Origin: Tubiluchus corallicola
Taxonomy: Eukaryota > Animalia > Priapulida
NCBI GenBank assembly: GCA_030141605.1
Contig: JAQGDQ010001066.1
Span: 1 to 64,000 of the forward strand
DNA length: 64,000 nt
Reading direction: 5' to 3'
Shown here: positions 31,158 through 43,985 of the stretch, in pieces
Layout of the letters: each line of letters starts with the position of its first letter
Position numbering within the stretch: the first letter of the stretch is position 1
Made by a program: the position numbers and the translations under genes
Notes under the pieces: model-generated
Databases searched by the model: none
Told to the model about the DNA's origin: nothing
What the model saw: only the letters and a program-made list of their open reading frames with translations

Positions 31158-31505
31158 TATGTGTGTGTACTATATATATATATATATAATGTTGATAATT
31201 ATACTTACACGCGAATTCATCTTTAAGGTTCACACTTGATTGCACGTCCATGATCATAATAGCAAGCAATACCTAAGAACAAAATTTATGCGATTTCTTA
31301 AGCTTTTCCTCATTAAAACCTTAACGTTTGCAACATTATCACGTGCACATTATATTATTACATAAGACGCTCTCGTACCAATAACTACATTCTACGTTTT
31401 TAATAAGTTCATACTAGACAAAGCATTGCTAATGGTGAGTTCAGACGTAGCGAATGTGCTGAGAGTTAACTTGTGCTATTAGTTACGTGCGATTTCACAC
31501 CTGTT

Positions 31506-32037
<532 letters not shown>

Positions 32038-32381
32038 GGTCATAAAAAACAACAACGAATTATACATGACTGCACGTACTACTCTTTCAAATCGAAGATA
32101 CAGTACATGACAGATTAGAATAGATAAAGTACAACAAAACTATAATACAATTAAATTCACCTTACATACTAAAATAAATTAGGTTCTTTACAAGTTTGCT
32201 ATTTCATAGGATATTTCTGGTATGTAGATCCTTACAAAATTCTCTTTCTAGTAAACGTTTAACATTAATTCAGATAAGATAAGGCAAATTCAGGGGTGTC
32301 TTACATATTGCACAAACGGATTGACCTAGCTTATTAATTTTGTAGAGGACTCTAATAACTTAGATGATACTGATAACATTG

Positions 32382-32748
32382 CTGATATCTCGGTGAGACA
32401 TAAGACATTTATAAACTATAAGTTTGAATCAATTAAATATTTCAGTGGCATTACATTGCAGAAATACTGAAGCAAATCAAATGCACTCATTTCTTTTTGT
32501 AATTAAACATACTCCTGCAAACAGCATTCCATGAAACTTTGATAGTTTGTAAGTCTCTGCTTTTCACTGACCACAGTTAGAAATTATCAAAGTTTCATGG
32601 AATGCTGTTTGCAGTAGAATTTTTTATTACGAAACGAAATGAGAGCGTTTGATTTGCTTCAGTATTTCTGCAATGCAATGCCACTGAAGTATTTAATTGA
32701 TTTAAACTTACAGTTTATAAACGTCTTATGTCTCACCGAGATATCAGC
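32382..32748. repeat. Fold-back inverted repeat: arms about 165 bp, spacer about 36 bp
   Basis: GCTGATATCTCGGTGAGACATAAGAC...GAAACTTTGATA vs TATCAAAGTTTC...GTCTTATGTCTCACCGAGATATCAGC. Confidence 0.9.
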
Positions 32749-33730
32749 TATGCTTTTCAATGATCACACTTGGCGTCAATAGTAACAATTTACCAATAAA
32801 AGATACTAACATATTTATACTTACGAAGTATTTTACTTCTAGCATGTTTGACGAGTGTATTGAGTTCTGGACAATTTGAAATGTTCGTCTGAACGGTATG
32901 GAAATTGAAGAAACTTAATGTCAACTTTAAGTTTGTTAACCCGTCTTGCTTTGTAGTTTAAGTATGTGACACTGGCTGTGTTTCGTAACGACCTGCTCTG
33001 CGTTGCACGTCTGTCGCTTCAAACATTTAGTGTGCTTGATTGATGGGGCTGTTGAGTGCATGCAGTTCCTTGTTCTGTTTGGTGGTGCTAATGACCAAAT
33101 TCTCATTAACAATGCTCTCTGTTTTCTGCTGACAATTTCCTTGTTTTTTAAACCTAGCTGTTTTTAAACATTTTGGAAAGCTTAAATGTTAAACAAATAC
33201 AGTAACAATAATTTGAAAGTGTAAAAATACAGTGTATAAATCTTAATCCAGGCATCTTAATCAAGTTATCTTAATTTTACATACTAGTAACAAATAATAG
33301 TCTTTCTATCTTTTGTATCATCTCATATATGAGCTTCATTCATTACATCGTTCCATTTTAAGCCCTAATGTTTTTTTATAATACGATTCACTTTAAATTT
33401 TCAGATTATTTCCATTACTTTTTTTTCTTTCACTGTGTGGGACAATCTAACAAGCCCTGCTTTTTGATTGCTCGCAACACATTTACATTTGTAAATAGGT
33501 GAACAGTGTTTGAGGCTTTTCCTGTGCAGTATTTCTTATTTGTATTATGTTCATTGTAGACCCTTTCACTAGATATTGTACATGAAACTAATGTAAATTG
33601 TGTAGCTAGTGTAATTTGACATAAATGACTTATGACTTACTGGCAACAATTTACCATGATGGGCACAAATACAGAAAACTATTGCTAATCTCAGTCTTTT
33701 CTTCAGACATTATTTTATTAATATTTTCGC

Positions 33731-33849
<119 letters not shown>

Positions 33850-33909
33850 CTTTATTTAAAGTCGAAACTTTGATGCTCTAGGCTGTAGCTTAGTTAATCT
33901 ATTACTTAA

Positions 33910-34419
33910 ATGAAAACCGTATGATTGTGTAAACACTAGCTCAGAATAAAGAATGCTCTAAAATATTGAAATCAAAGCTTAGATTAAATAATAATTACCT
34001 CGGATACTAAAATTTTGTTAAACTTTCAAAGCTACGCGCGGCTCAGTGAATCTATTAAGATTGGCAGCGGCGCCTTTTTGTCATATTCGCGTGGCCGAGA
34101 AATAGAAGGCGGTACCATGATAAGCATGATCATGAACTGCAGTGTTAGACGTCATATGATGTAAAGCCCATTTTTCGTGACATCATGCGTTTAAGCAGTA
34201 CTGTAACACTTACGCAAACGTGCTTGATGCGCAATGGAAGACGCCTGCCATTGCACAAACTGTGGTTAGTTTCTGACGTAAGCAATAGCTGTGCTCGGTT
34301 GCCGTTAATTAACCTTCTAAGCTAATTATTCAAATATAAGAAACAATTGCTAACTTTTATATGCAAGAAAATGTATATTTTGGACAGTAAATTAAAATGA
34401 GATTGAGTCCGGTCTTCCT
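33910..34419 (+). mobile_element. Kolobok-like MITE, copy 1
   Basis: TTAA on both sides; homologous to 36116-36663 and, inverted, to 57657-58192. Confidence 0.7.
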
Positions 34420-34639
34420 TTAACAAGGCCTAATTTGATCAACAGTACACCTTCTTGCCCCCAAAGTTGTGAAGGTCTTTGCATTGCGAGGATAGTAATT
34501 TGCATCATAATGAAAGTTTGTGAATTGCTAATCATTTCAATTACAGTTCTATGGCTTCCAGTCAGCTTAATGAAACATTTCATTAAGTGAACGAGACAGG
34601 CTTCAAATATATGTATGTATGATATATTGAATATTATTG

Positions 34640-34900
34640 TATACAATACGATACAATACAATGCAGTGCAAAGCAATGCAATACAATACAATACAATACA
34701 ATACAATACAATACAATACAATACAATACAATACGATACAATACGATACAATACGATACAATACGATACAATACGATACAATACGATACAATACGATACA
34801 GTACGATACAGTACGATACAGTACGACACAGTACAACACAATACAACACAATACAACACAATACAACACAATACAATACAATACAACACAACACAAAGCA
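34640..34900. repeat. (AATAC/GATAC)n pentanucleotide repeat
   Basis: Direct inspection. Confidence 0.93.
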
Positions 34901-35645
34901 ATTCGACATGATTAAATACAAAACCATACAATATACACAACGAAACAAATTTGCGACACATTATAGTCCAATACCAATGGGAGTGTAATATAAGGTCCAA
35001 TGGCGCAGTTCAGTACGATACAAATTATGTAATGCATTGCAATACAAAACAGCCGCTGCGCAACGTGGTACAATACAAATTAGTAAAATGTGAATTATTG
35101 TGAATATTAGTAATATTGTGAATATTATCAAATATATATAGTGTATGATATTTAGCCGGTAGTATTTGGAAATTACTACATATTTTGCACAAATAATTCG
35201 GGTTACACAATTTCTGTTGTGACAGAATTTTGGAAAAGAAACTACAAAAGTAACACGGGCTTATGACTATATGCAAAGCGTTTCTATGCGACTTTTTGTA
35301 CTCAAAACGTTTTCCCGAAGAACACGTCTTTGATATGTCCGTTCGGCAACCAAAATTCAGGCGGTATTTATGCAGCTTACTGTATGTTAGCCCGGGGGAG
35401 TGAAAGAAAATGAGATGCCGATATTTGGTACATGTCTTCTCCACCTTAATTTACGCTAAGTTAAGTCTGGGCAGTGTTCTGTGTCTGTGTGATGTAGTCG
35501 GTCAGTAGAATGAGAACTTGGTCAGTGTTATTCGGTATGTGCGCCTGCCTGGCTGAAAAGGGGGAAGCAAGTCAGAGAGAAGGGAAGTTAGATGAGAGGA
35601 GCAGTGATGATGATGAAGGAGAGATGAAAACAGAGGGTGATGGGT

Positions 35646-35714
<69 letters not shown>

Positions 35715-36115
35715 AGAGAGAGAGAGAGAGAGAGAGTTTTAAAATAAAGTTTTAAAGCACATCAGAACAATCAGTTTATTGTAGCTGTGCACCTGCATTT
35801 TAACAATTTTAATTTTATTTGCCAAGTAGTTAGGTGCTGTATAAATAAGCTGTAAAATTAGCCCTTTATATCTTTCGTTTTTCACAGTTTTATTAAACAA
35901 AAGTGGCACTGTGATTGAACCTTGCTTGACTCCTGTTTTTATTTTCTGGCAGAAATGGTAACATTTGCCTTTCTCATGCGTGAATTTTCCATTTCCTTTT
36001 CTTAGAAGTTCTTTGATATTAAGATTTTTTATATTGTACTGCTTACACTGTTACTGAGAGACAGTATTTTTGGTCAAATTAACTGGGAAGTTATAACCAA
36101 TGAACACCTCTTTAA

Positions 36116-36663
36116 AGGAAAACTGGAGATTGTGTAGGCATGAGTTCAAAATAAAGAATGCTGTAAAATATTGAAAACTACAATAACTTTTTTTCAATCA
36201 AAGCTTAGATTAAATAATAATTACCTCGGATAGTCAAATTTCGTTAAACTTTCAAAGCTACGCGCAGCTCAGTGAATCTATTAAGATTGGCAGCGGCGCC
36301 TTTTTGTCACATTCGCGTGGACGACAAATGGAAGGCGGTACCGTGATAAGCATGATCATGAACTGCTGTGTTAGTTTCTGACGTCATATGATGTAAAGCC
36401 CATTTTTCGTGACATCATGCGTTTAAACAGTACTGTAACATTTGTGCCAATGTGCTTGACGCGCAATGGAAGACGCCAGCCATTGCACAAACTATGGTTA
36501 GTTTCTGACGTAAGCAATAGCTGTATTCAGTTGCCGTTATATGACTATCTAAGCTAATTATTCAAATATAAGGAACAATTGATAACTTTTATAGGCAAGA
36601 AAATGTATATTTTGGACAGTAAATTAAAATGAGATTGAGTCTAAACAATCGTCCGGTCTTCCT
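36116..36663 (+). mobile_element. Kolobok-like MITE, copy 2
   Basis: TTAA-AGGAAAACTGGAGATTGTGTAG ... CTAAACAATCGTCCGGTCTTCCT-TTAA. Confidence 0.75.
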
Positions 36664-36789
36664 TTAATAACATTTCGAAAAGAACCTTTAATGTACATTT
36701 AGTTTGATGCAACGTCTCTCCTTTCTTATCTGAGCAGAAAGCAAACAAACGAACCAAAAATTCAATTCCAGTTTTCATCAGGATAGCAG

Positions 36790-38200
36790 ACTTTAGTCTT
36801 GCTCTCAACATTGTGCCACAAGCACTGTGCAACTTTAGTCTTGCTCTCGACGTTGCGCCACAAGCACTGTGCAACTTTAGTCTTGCTCTCGACATTGTGC
36901 CACAAACACTGTGCAACTTTAGTCTTGATCTCGACATTGTGCCAAAAGCACTGTGCAACTTTAGTCTTGATCTCAACATTGTGCCACAAGCACTGTGCAA
37001 CTTTAGTCTTGATCTCGACATTGTGCCACAAGCACTGTGCCACTTTAGTCTTGACCTCGACATTGTGCCAAAAGCACTGTGCAACTTTAGCCTTGTTCCC
37101 GACATTGTGCCGAAAGCACTCTGTAGAATATAGTCTTGTTCTCGACATTGTGCCAAAAGCACTGGTGCAACCTTAGCCTTGTTATCCGCATTGTGCGGAA
37201 AGCACTCTGTAGAATTTAGTCTTGTTCTCGACATTGGGCCAAAAGCACTGGTGCAACTTTAGCCTTGACCTCGACATTGTGTCAAAAGCACTGTGCAAGT
37301 TTAGCCTTGACCTCGACATTGTGCCAAAAGCACTGTGCAACTTTAGCCTTGTTCTCGACATTGTGCCAAAAGCACTGTGCAACTTTAGTCTTGTTATCCG
37401 CATTGTGCCGAAAGCACTGTGCAACTTTAGCCTTGACCTCGACATTGTGCCAAAAGCACTGTGCAACTTTAGCCTTGTTCTCGACATTGTGCCGAAAGCA
37501 CTCTGTAGAATATAGTCTTGTTCTCGACATTGTGCCAAAAGCGCTGGTGCAAGTTTAGCCTTGACCTCGACATTGTGCCAAAAGCACTGTGCAACTTTAG
37601 CCTTGTTCTCGACATTGTGCCAAAAGCACTGTGCAACTTTAGTCTTGTTATCCGCATTGTGCCGAAAGCACTGTGCAACTTTAGCCTTGACCTCGACATT
37701 GTGCCAAAAGCACTGTGCAACTTTAGCCTTGTTCTCGACATTGTGCCGAAAGCACTCTGTAGAATATAGTCTTGTTCTCGACATTGTGCCAAAAGCACTG
37801 GTGCAACTTTAGCCTTGCAATCCGCATTGTGCCAAAAGCACTGTGCAACTTTAGCCTTGATCTCGACATTGTGCCAAAAGCACTGTGCAACTTTAGCCTT
37901 GACCTCGACATTGTGCCGAAAGCACTGTGCAACTTTAGCCTTGACCTCGACATTGTGCCAAAAGCACTGTGCAACTTTAGCCTTGATATCGACATTGTGC
38001 CAAAAGCACTGTGCAACTTTAGCCTTGATTTCGACATTGTGCCAAAAGCATTGGTGCCACTTTAGCCTTGACCTCGACATTGTGCCAAAAGCACTGTGCA
38101 ACTTTAGCCTTGTTCTCGACATTGTGCCAAAAGCACTGTGCAACTTTAGCCTTGATTTCGACGTTGTGCCAAAAGCACTGTGCAACTTTAGCCATGTTAT
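36790..38200. repeat. 42-bp minisatellite, about 33 copies
   Basis: GCACTGTGCAACTTTAGCCTTGACCTCGACATTGTGCCAAAA unit. Confidence 0.93.
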
Positions 38201-40642
38201 TGACACATGGTGTCATATAATAGTGATGGTGGTGTCATTTCCGAGGGATGTCTGGTTCGCGGGTTTTACTCGCTAGATGGCGCCAGGAACTCCTTGGTCT
38301 TTCGTTTCGCCATCGTTTGTGTCACATTTCACTTTGCAGCATTTTTTTCAAATCGTGCATCATATAGGTTTTACAAGTCAAACGTAGACACAGGAAAGTT
38401 CAAATGTGACTTACGTAAGTCAAACGTAGATGCATTACTTTAAATAAATCAGTAATAAAGTCATTTAAGTGCAAATTACGAAAAGGTAAAACAAAGATAG
38501 TCATCATCTCTTTCATAACTTTTAAAAATGCGTTGTTTATCCTCTTTTAGAAACGAAATTCTTTGATAAACCATAACGTCGGTAGAAAAGAATATATTGG
38601 TTCCCACTTCCCAATGAACAATGAATCACTAATTAGTTTTTTAAGTAATGCGTTAGCACTGCATGAATGAATTAGTTTCTCTCAAGAAACATTTTTTTAT
38701 TTTAAGAATGTATTGCTTTCTCTAACAGTTCCAATGGTATGTAAAGTTTACAGAATATTAATGAACTATTAGTAGACCTATAAAGTTATTATTTTCACAG
38801 CAATTTTGAAATTAATATTAAAGAAGATTAAATTTAACATCCTTAAGGTTTACACATCCGCATTTGGGATACCAATTTCACATTTGACTTGACATGTGTC
38901 TACATTTGATTTACCAAAAACGCTTGAGATTTCTTGAAACCCGTTGTTAACACATTTGAACTAACCTAAGTCTACATTTGAACTAACCTAAGTCTACATT
39001 TGACTTGACCTAGGTCTATATTTGGCATGTAAAACCTATAAGAAACCTTGATATGTGAAACCTTATATGAAACCCTACATATTTGATATGTAAAACCTAT
39101 ATAGAAACGCGGTATCCAGGGAGACCGTTACTAGGCATTTGGTCAGCCTGCCATTTCACGAAATTTCACGAGCAACACCGACTAAAATATTTTGTATAAA
39201 AATGAAATTTCGAGACCCGATTTCATTAGCAAGGAAGTCACGAAATTTAATAAAACTAGTGTCAAACTTGTCTATTAACCACTTATTTGCATTCCTGTGA
39301 AGTGAACAAAGCGAGCTTATGATACACCTCTACAATATGCGCAAAAATAATATAAAACATTGGCTATATTTTGGCTATACAGTCACTGTACTGGAAATCT
39401 GGCATTGGCGGGCTTTGTGGCCTCCACTTGTTGTTGGTTTTCGCCACCTTGTGGCGATTTTTTGGCCTGGTCACGTGATCAGTTTGATCGGTGTCAGAGG
39501 CGTGTGACGTGAGGACGTGTCATTGTGGGTTGATTAATGTTGTCGTTATCTGTTGCAATTGCTTATGATTTGGGGCTAAAAGCGTACGTATATACTCAAA
39601 TTACTTTATAAAATTTAAATTTACTATTAGATAACAGCTGTTTATTGATTAATGCGGCGGTGCAGTGTGAAACTCTGAATTATGTAAAATTGACTTTTGG
39701 CTAGTGTTATTTTTTTGTCATTTGTTTTTGGTTTTGTTTAGATGGAATGATATGTTTTGGTAAATAAAAAAGGAAGAAAGAGCAAAATGTAATCTAGCTT
39801 CAAATTTGGTTTTGAAAGCCCAAACAGTCACTCTGCCTATAGTTTAAGAACAAGTATTATTGGATCAGGAAATTTTATTGTATATTATATAAGCCTCTAA
39901 ACTTATTTATTTGATTTTATAGTAGAATATTTAGAAGATGAAGTGATTTATTGATGTACTTTTTAACTGATGTTTCATATTTTTAATTTCTGTTTATTTT
40001 TATTATGTTTTTTTTGTAAATTTTCGTAGTTTTCTAATAGTTTTTATTGTAAATTATCAGCTTTTACATGACATTTTAGTGTGCTGAAATAAACTTTAAA
40101 CAAACATAAATAGATAAAATAAGCATGTATGTTATGCGCAAATTACACGTATAATTTGTTTTTTATTTTTCCCGCATGAGGGAGCCAAAAACTAAGGGGG
40201 ACAAGTGGGCAATTCCTGGCAGGCTTGACTGGTTATTGCAGAGACTAACTTGTAATGTGGATAATGCAATTTTTATGTGAGAAATTTAATGTCATGCTTC
40301 ATAAACCATAAACATTGTGCTCACTCTAGCCGAATGAAGTAAGTGATTTTTGTAAATCTAAGTTTATTAATTAGAAAGCAATTTTCTGTGTAATTTTTTT
40401 GTTCAAATTTCTGTAGTTTTGTTCAAATTGCATTACTGAAAATTTCATGTATTCTTTTGTTTTTCTCCTATAGAAAATGAAGACTGCAGTAAACACCTTA
40501 TGAAAGGTACTGCCGTGTGTTAACAATGTACATAAAATACTAATGATAATACTGGGTAAGTATCATTGAAGAAATCTAAATCTGGTCGATGTTACCCCAA
40601 TGTACCATATCAGTAGAGGTAACTGACGTATGAAAATAATAT

Positions 40643-41009
40643 TGTTACGGAGGCACCTGTGTCGAGTCAGGTGTAGGGCCCTCTACACGCCCTGCTTCCA
40701 CGTCAGCAGCGACTCACCCCTTTCTTGTAGGTCCAGACGTCTTGTTTGGGCCTACACGTGGTGTGAGAAGCCAGCTGACCTGGAATGCCAGTATAAAAGC
40801 GTGTAGAGGTCACTACAACCTTGATTTCTGACACAGGTGCTCCTCGGGTGTAGTGCTGTTACTGAGTTATTTTTTTGTGCACGTGTATTTTTGTTACTTA
40901 TTTTTATTAGTGCTGTTAATAAACTCCGTACAGAGTAGTTTTTGTGTATTTTGTTTTATGAGAGTTAGATGACACGCTATAACAGGTATAAGGTACTTGT
41001 TTACAGACA
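40643..41009 (+). mobile_element. Solo LTR-like element, copy 2
   Basis: Starts TGTTAC, internal TATAAAA and AATAAA, ends in CA; no internal coding region. Confidence 0.65.
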
Positions 41010-41219
41010 TTAATTTAGCTAATTAACATAACATTTGTAATTAAAATTGACATTTGTAGTTAAGTAATCAGTTACACAACGATAGTAAAATGGATCTTCA
41101 TGATGCGCAATATCAAGACCGCTATGCCATCTTGGAGTTCGACCCCCTGGGTCGCATTCAGTCCAATATTAATAATTACATTCCAAGATTGCAGCTAACG
41201 GAGGATGACGTTTTTTTCT

Positions 41220-41650
41220 CTTTAAGCACAAGAAAACCCTCCACTTACATAAAGCTTAAAAAGTTCATTTCGAAATTTTATACCGCTTACGCGCTCCCAT
41301 GGCTTAAACTTCCGCGATGGCCGTTAAGGGCAGCCATTTTAATGGTTGGTCGTCTGAAACAAGTTTTGGACATCAAGTAAAGTTTGGTAAAATAATCAGA
41401 GCATTCCTAACATACATTTTGCTAATTAAGTAAAATTTTAAATTATTGCATCTTGTCAATAAGATTAAAAATACGTTTTTGGCTAATGAATGGCGCACCC
41501 TGGAGGGTGAGTCATTTTACCAATTCGCACAAACATTTTAAATTATTAGTCTAGTTACATAAGTCTTTCCAGCAAGTAAGCGAAATGTTAAGTAATATAG
41601 ATTTGCATAGAAAGTTTTTTGGGACATAATTTAACATTGCCTTTTCTTCC
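41220..41650. repeat. Dispersed repeat; inverted copies at about 44420-44910 and 62950-63420, short end fragment at 25590-25620
   Basis: AAGCACAAGAAAACCCTCCACTTAC...GCAGCCATTTTAATGG matches the reverse complement of the downstream copies. Confidence 0.7.
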
Positions 41651-41794
41651 TCCTGTTTTTAGTGGCATAGTGACGTCATGTAATGGCGCCATCGGAAAAT
41701 TATTGCGGGAGATTTAAAATGAAAACAAAACAAAATATAATTTTTTAAGGGAAATTTTGCGAAACCTATACCAGGTGCCCCTTTTCTTTACTTT

Positions 41795-41996
41795 AAGTGG
41801 CGTTTACCAGACATCCCGATGCACACGCATTTGAGGTTGGGGAGGCCGAATAGGTAATCGGTATATATTGTTTCCAGTTTATGCAGCCTGAGTTACTCTT
41901 TTTCTGAAGTGATTCCTATTGGTTTTTTTCCCAGGCTCTTTCATGGGTGGAAAACGCGTCCGCACAACGCATCCGGATGCTAGGTAAGTGCCACTT
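41795..41996. mobile_element. Small MITE about 200 bp upstream of paralogue A
   Basis: Imperfect TIR AAGTGGCGTTTACCAGACATCCCGATGC / GCATCCGGATGCTAGGTAAGTGCCACTT. Confidence 0.55.
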
Positions 41997-42194
41997 TTCA
42001 TTGATTAATGGAGTCGTGATTTTAGAGTCTTTACATTCTAAACAGCAGACTAACAATTTGCATATAATCAAATCTGACGAGTAGAACGCTAATTGTTTCT
42101 ACATATTATCTTTTTTTGGATTTTAATAACTTAATACGTAGAACGATGTTGTTCTTTTAGAATCAGTTGTTCTAAATTAAATCATAGCAAAAAA

Positions 42195-43985
42195 ATGAAG
42201 AAATTGTCCGCATTGCTATTTTTGTTGTATCTTTTTAAAAACACTTTAAGCACTAGACCCTGGAATGTAAAAGATCCAAATAATTTTAAAGTATTATATC
42301 CATATAAGGATGGAAATCACAACCATAAAGAGGAACTTCCAGCTCAAAACGTATCTATTATAGCTGACCCGATGCTGTACAAAGACAACGGATCCAACTC
42401 GCTCCTACGAGAAGTGTGTGTTACAAAAGATCCCAGTGACCCCAGGCAAGCGATATTCTTTGGTTTGCGGAACATGGACCTTCCATGTGACACTGACTCT
42501 GTATACATATATTCAGTAGATTTAATATCAGGTCATGAAGGGGAATCTAAGACTTTATGTAACAAAGACGTAAGCTGGTTTCAATCTGGATTATCTGGAC
42601 CTGCTACACTATGTGTTTACTTTAAAACAAATGAAACAGGAACAAATCCTGCTGTTGAGGTACTAATCGAAGTCCGTCATCCTCCATCAACATGTGAAGA
42701 ATGTGGAGACAACGCTGCCCAATGCAATCGTAAATACGAGAGCGAACCTGAATACTTTGTTTGCAAATGCAACCGAAGCGTCGTACAATGGATTGGGCCA
42801 GTCTGTGACGACCGAAGAGATCTTTGCTTCTCTATGCCATGTCAGAACTCCGGAAAATGTAATAATTTCTACAGTGCTTTTAACTGTACCTGCCCAGCTG
42901 GTTATGTTGATGAGTTGTGCAGCAAATTTGATCCTTGCTTTTCGACTCCATGTCAGAATGGCGGAACATGCACAAATATGACGGACAAGTACACATGCTC
43001 TTGTGAAGAAGGATATGTTGGATATAATTGCGAGACATTTGACCCCTGCTCTTCGACTCCATGTCAGAATGGTGGAAAATGCGCAAATATGCCGGACAAA
43101 TACACCTGCTCTTGTAAAGAAGGATATGCTGGATATAATTGCATGACATTTGGCCCCTGCTCTTCAAATCCATGTCAGAATGGTGGAACATGCACAAATA
43201 CGCTGTTCAAACACACATGCTCTTGTGAAGAAGGATATTTTGGATATAATTGCGGAGCATTTGTCCCCTGTTCTTCAAATCCATGTCAGAATGGTGGAAC
43301 ATGCACAACTATGCCGGACAAATACACATGCTCTTGTGAAGAAGGATATGCTGGATATAATTGCGAGACATTTAACCCCTGTTCTTCAAATCCGTGCCAG
43401 AATAGTGGAAAGTGTATTAAAGCATATATGACTGAGGCATATTTTTGTTCATGTGCGCAAGGATACCAAGGGGCCAACTGCAACATGTCTGACCCTTGCA
43501 CTTCATACCCATGTCTGTACAATGGAACATGCACTCGTGAAGACAACATTTACAGGTGTAAATGTCTCGAACCATTTTCTGGTGAAAATTGCAACATACT
43601 GATTAAGGAAGGAATATGTCCAAGTAAGGAGAAACTTGATAAAAGCAAATGTCTAACTGCGTCTTGTAGCAAGGATAATGATTGTGGTGGAATTGAAAAA
43701 TGCTGTGAGTACGAATCTTGTGGCAAAATCTGCATTCTTCCATCAGGTTACTTAAAAGCTGATGAAAAAAAAACCCAAAAGGCATCGCTGAACATATTTG
43801 AAATTCTTGGCATCACTATGGCTTGTGTATACATTATTATTTTGATAACAGGCTTAACTACACTTCATCTACGACGAATGCAAATACAACCTGCTGTGGT
43901 ATCTTCAACGTGGTTAAACGAGGAAGAAGAATCACAAAAAAAACAGGAAGAGGAGGAATCAGACACAGACTATGAAAGGCTATGA
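42195..43985 (+). CDS. Paralogue A: single-pass membrane protein, signal peptide + divergent CUB-like + 1 atypical and 7 canonical EGF + WAP + TM + acidic tail ending DYERL (596 aa, uninterrupted ORF)
   Basis: Hydrophobic N-terminus; CxSxPCQNGGxC EGF repeats; WAP pattern GICP..C...C..D.DC....KCC....CG..C..P; TM ILGITMACVYIIILITGLTTL. Confidence 0.88.
   Translation: MKKLSALLFLLYLFKNTLSTRPWNVKDPNNFKVLYPYKDGNHNHKEELPAQNVSIIADPMLYKDNGSNSLLREVCVTKDPSDPRQAIFFGLRNMDLPCDTDSVYIYSVDLISGHEGESKTLCNKDVSWFQSGLSGPATLCVYFKTNETGTNPAVEVLIEVRHPPSTCEECGDNAAQCNRKYESEPEYFVCKCNRSVVQWIGPVCDDRRDLCFSMPCQNSGKCNNFYSAFNCTCPAGYVDELCSKFDPCFSTPCQNGGTCTNMTDKYTCSCEEGYVGYNCETFDPCSSTPCQNGGKCANMPDKYTCSCKEGYAGYNCMTFGPCSSNPCQNGGTCTNTLFKHTCSCEEGYFGYNCGAFVPCSSNPCQNGGTCTTMPDKYTCSCEEGYAGYNCETFNPCSSNPCQNSGKCIKAYMTEAYFCSCAQGYQGANCNMSDPCTSYPCLYNGTCTREDNIYRCKCLEPFSGENCNILIKEGICPSKEKLDKSKCLTASCSKDNDCGGIEKCCEYESCGKICILPSGYLKADEKKTQKASLNIFEILGITMACVYIIILITGLTTLHLRRMQIQPAVVSSTWLNEEEESQKKQEEEESDTDYERL

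Noticed and set aside
36790-38200. CRISPR-like regular repeats (also 4788-5330, 18886-19530, 23745-24395)
   Set aside because: Head-to-tail units without unique spacers, no cas genes, eukaryotic context.
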